A stretch of DNA of 64,000 nucleotides from Thermodesulfobacteriota bacterium. Lineage in GTDB: Bacteria > Desulfobacterota_D > UBA1144 > Nemesobacterales > UBA2774. The stretch spans positions 2,624,001-2,688,000 of the forward strand of contig OZ244197.1 of the NCBI GenBank assembly GCA_965216785.1, in the 5' to 3' direction. The stretch's first letter is position 1, and each line of letters opens with the position of its first letter. Both the position numbers and the translations under genes were made by a program. The notes under the pieces were generated by a model, which did not search any database, had not been told where the DNA came from, and worked only from the letters and a program-made list of their open reading frames with translations. Below, in pieces: positions 58,714-64,000 of this stretch.

Positions 58714-58899
58714 ATGGCTACACTAGTCCACAAGTATAAGAGTTACTATGGGGATTTAATCTATGGCCTATCATTCGGTACCTGTTGTGGAATCGTAAGA
58801 CCAATACCGACACTTTCTGAATGAGGTCTAATAGCTATGGCAGGAGTTTTAGGGATAATTGGGTTACTGGCACTCCGAAGAAGAAATCAAACAGCATAA
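58714..58899 (+). pseudogene. chimeric relic: integrase N-terminus fused in frame to an IPTL-CTERM tail with a Trp-to-stop change
   Basis: Reads MATLVHKYKSYYGDLIYGLSFGTCCGIVRPIPTLSE*GLIAMAGVLGIIGLLALRRRNQTA*; compare integrase start MASLVFKHNSYY. Confidence 0.88.
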
Positions 58900-58968
58900 A
58901 CTGAAAGAATAAATCTGATCACACAAACGGGAACAGTACACTCAAACCGATAAAGAAAGATAAGAGCA

Positions 58969-60645
58969 TTATCTTTCTTTGCCCCTCTGCCGCAAATATT
59001 TATCGATATCCTCCACATTCTTTTGGTTAAATTTCTTAAAAGTCGTAAAGCCGTCGCTCGTCATTAAAATATCGGTCCTGTTCCATACGGCTAAATTGAC
59101 ATCCCTGTCCGATGTTGCGGATAAATTGTCTTCGAGCTGTTTCAAAATCTCAGGGGATAGAGTATCTGTACCGATGGTCTCGACTAAAACATACCAAGAT
59201 TCGCCCTTTGGCCTGTGATGAATGTTTATCGGGATAATATTGCTGTATTGTTCAAACTCTCCTAATAACGCTTCATCGATCTCACCCCTCAATCGTTCTT
59301 CCTCCTCTGTAAAGCCTGCGTAAATGTAGCCGGGAAGAAGGTCTCCGCTCGCATCGGAATAGGTAATTTCTTCATTTTTTATAATGAGGCTCATCTTTGG
59401 GTTTTGCATTTTACTTCTCAGGTCCTCCTGAAGCTCCCCTATCTCGCTCTCCGTAAGATTCCTATAGCTCTGTATTGTAGCGACAACGGTCGGCCCGCGG
59501 AGCAGTTCAACATAGTCTACATCTACGAGCGACATACCGTGCCAGTGGGTAAACCTTTCTATAAGCTCTTTCTCGATTACATTCACGGCTTTTTTCCAGT
59601 CGGTAAGCGATTCCTTAAGAAAGAATCCATCGAGGTTCTGTCTGATGACGTTCTCGCCCGACCCAATAGCGCCAACGTCTTGAGCAAGTACATTCCTGAA
59701 TATAAGCTCTGTAGGTTTCTTTGTCTGCTCTTCGATATTCTTCTGCACCGCTTCGACCTGATAGGGCGTTACCGTCCTCGGACTCTTTATATTTGCCAAT
59801 ACGTACAATTTCCCATTTTCCTCGTCGTAAATAAAACCGTCGAGCGATGTTGTATGAAGCTCTATCATTGCTGATTCCAAAATGTTTTTAATGGTGTTGC
59901 TCAAGTACCTCTCCTGGACAATCTCGATAAGTGAGTAGGTAAGGAACACGCATACGGCTAGAAATCCGATAATTGCCAGACCAAAACGCCTGAGCAGGTC
60001 TTTGGTCGAGACCGAGATCCACCACGGGGAAAGGCCTGCAAGCATGAACGTCGTACCGGCAACTAGCAGTATCGACAGGAAATTTGCAAAAAACAGCATA
60101 AAGGAGCCGAATGCCCCGTAGTAATAGCCGAGCGAAACGCATATACCGGTATTTGATAACGGAGGCACAATGGCTGTAGCTATCGCAACGCCGGGGAGAG
60201 CCGGACTCAATTTTTCATCTATCATAGCATACGCCCCTGCAAAACCGGCCAGTACCGCTACCATAAGATCGAGCAGGGTGGGCTTGGTTCTGGCGAGCAT
60301 TTCAGGGGTTGCTGCAAGCTCCAGAGGCAAAAATCCGATCAGACCCGCAGAAACAATCGCCAGTATGGCACCCAGAATTACTGAGCGCAGGGCTGTGGCC
60401 AGAAGACGGGGTTTGCCTATGACTATGCCAAGGGTGATGCCTATTATGGGGGTCATAAGAGGCGAAACCAGCATAGCTCCGATAATGACCGCAGTGCTGT
60501 TGGATATAAGACCGAAGGCAGCGATGAGTGAAGCAGTGGCCAGAAGAGCGTAGAATCTAAAGCCCGGCTCTGACCCGGTACTGATCTCCTCAATTATTTG
60601 TTCTTTACGCTGCTCAGATACCCTGGTAAAAAATTTAGTAATCAT
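58969..60645 (-). CDS. DUF389/TIGR00341-like membrane protein with long C-terminal extension
   Basis: NSTAVIIGAMLVSPLMTPI, ARTKPTLLDL, LPGVAIATAIVPPL. Confidence 0.88.
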   Translation of the reverse strand: MITKFFTRVSEQRKEQIIEEISTGSEPGFRFYALLATASLIAAFGLISNSTAVIIGAMLVSPLMTPIIGITLGIVIGKPRLLATALRSVILGAILAIVSAGLIGFLPLELAATPEMLARTKPTLLDLMVAVLAGFAGAYAMIDEKLSPALPGVAIATAIVPPLSNTGICVSLGYYYGAFGSFMLFFANFLSILLVAGTTFMLAGLSPWWISVSTKDLLRRFGLAIIGFLAVCVFLTYSLIEIVQERYLSNTIKNILESAMIELHTTSLDGFIYDEENGKLYVLANIKSPRTVTPYQVEAVQKNIEEQTKKPTELIFRNVLAQDVGAIGSGENVIRQNLDGFFLKESLTDWKKAVNVIEKELIERFTHWHGMSLVDVDYVELLRGPTVVATIQSYRNLTESEIGELQEDLRSKMQNPKMSLIIKNEEITYSDASGDLLPGYIYAGFTEEEERLRGEIDEALLGEFEQYSNIIPINIHHRPKGESWYVLVETIGTDTLSPEILKQLEDNLSATSDRDVNLAVWNRTDILMTSDGFTTFKKFNQKNVEDIDKYLRQRGKER

Positions 60646-60769
60646 ACCGTTTATCGCACATGCTATATGATATAATAATTATGAGATTCAACATAATGCA
60701 CACTTTTAATAATTACATAGGTGTCATCTAATTCAATACTAAGAAGGTTAAAATCGCTCAAAAATTCAA

Positions 60770-61459
60770 ATGGGGACGGAAAATGATCAGGGACTTAATC
60801 TTGCTATAATACTCGAAGGTTTCGAAGGCTTCATCCTTATTATAGTTTGTACATTATTCTGGCCGATTCTACGCTATATTCTCCGAAACATAGGAACAAC
60901 CCTAGAAGAAAGAGAAAGGGAGTGGCCCGGAGATACACTACTTGAACGAGCTGACCGGACTTCGACACGCGCAATTAATATAGACACTAACCCCCATAAT
61001 ATTTGGCCCTGGATTGTACAGATAGGCCGAGATAAAGCGGGGTTCTATTCTTATGAATCTGTTGAGAACCTAGCCGGACTCGATGTAAAGAACCGGGAAA
61101 CAATAGTACCCGAATTCCAGACTTTGAGAGAGGGGGAATTTATATCCCTTCATCCAAATGGTCAGGGTGTCTATGCGGATAAAATAAAACCTAATGAGCA
61201 CCTTATATGCAGGGACTGGAAAGATGATTCAAAGATCGAGGAGCTAAGACCAGTATCCAAAAAAACATGGTCATTTTACATAGTTCAAGTCAATACAGAT
61301 AGATCACGGCTCATTATAAGATCATGCGAAGAGACATTGCGCCCAGATTTCCTTCACGTTCTCGTAACACTTTTATTTATGGATCCTATTGATTTTGTGA
61401 TGGAGTATAAAATGCTTCGTACAATCAAACGGCTGACCGAGGGTTGTGAACTAACATGA
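60770..61459 (+). CDS. conserved hypothetical protein, SRPBCC-like
   Basis: GTT.EE....PGD, TRAI.I...P..IWPWIVQIG.DKAGFYSY, FVME.KML..IKR..E. Confidence 0.8.
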   Translation: MGTENDQGLNLAIILEGFEGFILIIVCTLFWPILRYILRNIGTTLEEREREWPGDTLLERADRTSTRAINIDTNPHNIWPWIVQIGRDKAGFYSYESVENLAGLDVKNRETIVPEFQTLREGEFISLHPNGQGVYADKIKPNEHLICRDWKDDSKIEELRPVSKKTWSFYIVQVNTDRSRLIIRSCEETLRPDFLHVLVTLLFMDPIDFVMEYKMLRTIKRLTEGCELT

Positions 61460-61683
61460 AATTTCTCCAAAAAACTGAACATAAGAATAAGGGCTTTAGA
61501 GCACCTAACATAAACAATATCAGATAGTTAAATTAGAGTGCATCACGCTTACGATCGGTTCACAAAACCACTCAATTTTATCCCTTCTTAGCTAGTATCC
61601 AGAACACTTACAGACGCCATTAACTGAGACAGATAAAAGGGAAACAGTACTATACCTTCTATATCCTGTTTTGACCTATAAAC

Positions 61684-61860
61684 TCATTCGACCACTCTAT
61701 TATCTTTAGAATTATAGTTATTACGGGCTTTTTCTATTGCACTAGAATGTGTCCTACCCCATTTATCTATAGAAATAAATATGTTTTCTAGTGATTTCCC
61801 AATATCGGTTAGTGAATACTCAACCCTGGGTATTATTTCAGGGTAGTGCTTGCAGTCTAA
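61684..61860 (-). pseudogene. 3' fragment of a second HxlR/DUF24 regulator
   Basis: Minus frame reads KHYPEIIPRVEYSLTDIGKSLENIFISIDKWGRTHSSAIEKARNNY...*; no start codon, stop upstream. Confidence 0.75.
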
Positions 61861-61886
61861 TGCTAACTTTTCTCTAGAAGTTTAGT

Positions 61887-62234
61887 CTATCTTTTATCAT
61901 AAGCTGCACGTGAGTGTTCTATCTTGGAGTAATTGGTTGCTGCCCACTCAAAGAGCGGCAACAGTATTTCCACTATTTGCTGGCCGCGCACAGTTAGTTC
62001 ATAAGAAACCGCAACCGGCGGGCCGGGATCGACTGAACGAGTTAAATAACCATCACGTTCCAGGCTGCGCAGTTTCTCGGACAGTACTCTTTGCGAAATG
62101 CCACCGAGTTTTCGTTTGATCGCCCCAAACCGCAACGCACCATCCGAAAGCTCGGTAAGTATCAGTATTTGCCATTTACTCGTGATCCCAACAATCACTT
62201 TCCGGATCGGGCAGTCAGCTACGTTTTCGGACAT
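61887..62234 (-). CDS. HxlR/DUF24 winged-helix regulator with N-terminal Cys
   Basis: AGGAGG RBS; DCPIR, SKWQILIL, RFGAIKR, ISQRVLSEKLRSLERDG, PVAVSYELT. Confidence 0.92.
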   Translation of the reverse strand: MSENVADCPIRKVIVGITSKWQILILTELSDGALRFGAIKRKLGGISQRVLSEKLRSLERDGYLTRSVDPGPPVAVSYELTVRGQQIVEILLPLFEWAATNYSKIEHSRAAYDKR

Positions 62235-62246
62235 AGTTACCTCCTG

Positions 62247-62301
62247 CATACTTAGTGTTAAAACAGTTACTACTTGACACTTAGTATGAAAGTAATACCA
62301 T
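62247..62301. promoter_or_regulatory. divergent promoter with inverted-repeat operator
   Basis: CATACTTAGTGT (62247) and ACACTTAGTATG (62277), one mismatch, overlapping TTGACA-16-TACCAT. Confidence 0.55.
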
Positions 62302-62354
62302 ATTAACTTCAGAAAACAAAATCGAGACAGGCGCAAAAAAGGAGGTGTTCAGTC

Positions 62355-63122
62355 ATGTCAAATAAGGAAAAAGCAGTTGCAATTGTTGAAGCCTTTGAAA
62401 CAGGAAGCTCTAAAGTATTGGACTATATAAGTGATGAAAAATACATTCAGCACAACCTGGGTTTCCCGGACGGGAAAAATGCTATAGTTGGTTTTTTTGC
62501 AGATAAGCCAACAGGCATTACTGTCAAAATACATAGAGTAATAGAGGAAGGTAATACGGTAGCTCTACACAGCACTTACGGAGGTGTTTGGAACAACGGA
62601 ACACCACAGGTGGCTTTTGATGTATTTAAGTTTGAAAATGGCTTGATAGTAGAGCATTGGGATAATCTGCTTGATGTTGCTCAACCTAATCCAAGTGGTC
62701 GTACCCAGACAGATGGACCTACGGAAGTGAATGATTTGGAACAGACCGAAGCCAACAAAAAAGTGGTTACCCGCTTGATGAATGAAGCATTTTTAGGAAA
62801 CGATTACAGCAAAATTACCGAAATGATTAGCCCTAAAAAGTATATTCAACATAACCCTCAAGTTTCTGATGGACTAGATGGGTTTAACGATTTTCTCGCT
62901 GATTTAGCTGAGCAGAATACCACGATGAGCTATTCAAGCTCTCATCAAATCATAGCTGAAGGAGATTTTGTGCTCACTTTAGCCGATGGGACGTTTGGCG
63001 ATCAGGAAGTAGCTTACTATGACCTATTTCGTCTCGAAAACGGATTAATTGTAGAACATTGGGATTTGGTGTCTGAAATACCACCAAAGTCTGAATGGCA
63101 GAATCAAAATGGAAAGTTTTAG
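62355..63122 (+). CDS. tandem SnoaL/NTF2-like domain protein
   Basis: Two YIQHN...DG / D.F..ENGLIVEHWD units; GGAGG RBS. Confidence 0.9.
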   Translation: MSNKEKAVAIVEAFETGSSKVLDYISDEKYIQHNLGFPDGKNAIVGFFADKPTGITVKIHRVIEEGNTVALHSTYGGVWNNGTPQVAFDVFKFENGLIVEHWDNLLDVAQPNPSGRTQTDGPTEVNDLEQTEANKKVVTRLMNEAFLGNDYSKITEMISPKKYIQHNPQVSDGLDGFNDFLADLAEQNTTMSYSSSHQIIAEGDFVLTLADGTFGDQEVAYYDLFRLENGLIVEHWDLVSEIPPKSEWQNQNGKF

Positions 63123-63757
63123 TGAATAATGACATAGAGCTTGTATATGTAATGGATCCGCATTGTGGGTGGTGTTTTGGATTTGGAAAAGTAATTTTAG
63201 ACTTGTTTGAAATATACAAAGACAATTCGTTGGTCAACTTTGACATTAAGCCCGGAGGATTGTTTTATCCTGCAATTGAAATCGAAGAGGGCTTTGCTGA
63301 TGGCAAGCGCCCAATTGCCAAGCGTATCGAAGAGTTGGCAAAAGTGAAGTTTTCTGAAAATTATTTCACCAAAATATTAGGAACCGGAAGTATACTAGAT
63401 AGCGAACCTCCAGCCAGAGCTATTTTATCTATTAAGAAAATAACCCGAGATATCCTTGTTCAATTTACTGAAAGATTACTTGAAAAAGAATTTATCTTTG
63501 GCAAGAACACTTCATTTGACGAAACTATTTTTGAATGTATCAAAGAGTTCAAAGTTGAAGAAGCAGCGTTCGAAAAACACTACAATTCAGCCGAAATGAA
63601 GCAGCAAGTGATTTTAGAATTTCAACAAGCTCGTAGTATGGTGACAGGTTTTCCTGTGCTTTTTGTGAAACACAAGAATCAATTAACAAAACTGGCAGGG
63701 GGTTATGCACCAAGAGAACGATTGGTAAAAAAAATAGAAGCTTTATTGGTAGAGTAA
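63122..63757 (+). CDS. DsbA family protein (cytoplasmic type)
   Basis: YVMDPHCGWCFGF, VTGFP; GTG start overlapping the upstream stop. Confidence 0.88.
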   Translation: MNNDIELVYVMDPHCGWCFGFGKVILDLFEIYKDNSLVNFDIKPGGLFYPAIEIEEGFADGKRPIAKRIEELAKVKFSENYFTKILGTGSILDSEPPARAILSIKKITRDILVQFTERLLEKEFIFGKNTSFDETIFECIKEFKVEEAAFEKHYNSAEMKQQVILEFQQARSMVTGFPVLFVKHKNQLTKLAGGYAPRERLVKKIEALLVE

Positions 63758-64000
63758 GCTAGACTTCATCTGATATTTGCCATCATCATTTTGTAACCAC
63801 CGGGGAGAAATTGAGTTGACCTTGTTTTCCTTTGATTCTTTTACAGCATTCAGAGTATAAATAAACTAAGAAGTGCCATAAAATAATCAGCATTGACAGT
63901 AGATTATACTAGAGCACATCAGGCTTACGTTATGTTCACAATACCACTAATTTATACCCCTTCTTCTACAGCATTCAGGCTATAAATGTGTCAGGAAGAA

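Noticed and set aside
58822-58824. TGA recoded as Trp or Sec in the relic IPTL tail
   Set aside because: TGA is a normal stop elsewhere (e.g. polX, yihY) and the ORF lacks a signal peptide and passenger; nonsense mutation is simpler.
63842-63987. 21-bp imperfect direct repeat TACAGCATTCAG..TATAAAT
   Set aside because: Only two copies at the window edge and no context to interpret them.

Overview
Bacterial chromosomal window in two parts. Positions 1-48.2 kb are ordinary backbone: tRNA-Leu(GAG), apgM, amidase, polX-ligA, rlmB, two RND efflux operons, an NDH-2/cNMP/CBS fusion, recF, a CDC48-type AAA ATPase, pilD with a sigma54 two-component pair, hemY/G, slyD and others. From tRNA-Thr(CGT) at 48267-48341 to the window end is an AT-rich accessory region. 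Its main feature is a tandem array built on the tRNA 3' end: the last 49 bp of the tRNA recur exactly at 56275-56323 and 58558-58606, each time preceded by the same ~183-bp arm carrying an outward-facing promoter. Module 1 (~8 kb) has an intact tyrosine integrase, two secreted TPR proteins, a small leftward operon with NrdR-box-like sites, a palindrome-rich non-coding region and an IPTL-CTERM surface protein. Module 2 (2283 bp) has no integrase and carries a different IPTL-CTERM protein plus a DUF1326-like gene. Module 3 opens with a collapsed relic in which an integrase N-terminus is fused in frame to a dead IPTL-CTERM tail. I read this as an integrase-driven, tRNA-anchored cassette array for exosortase-sorted surface proteins; this is inference. 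The host is plausibly Ca. Dadabacteria or a related deltaproteobacterial lineage, judged from gene content only. All product calls come from motif recognition by eye; no database search was run.
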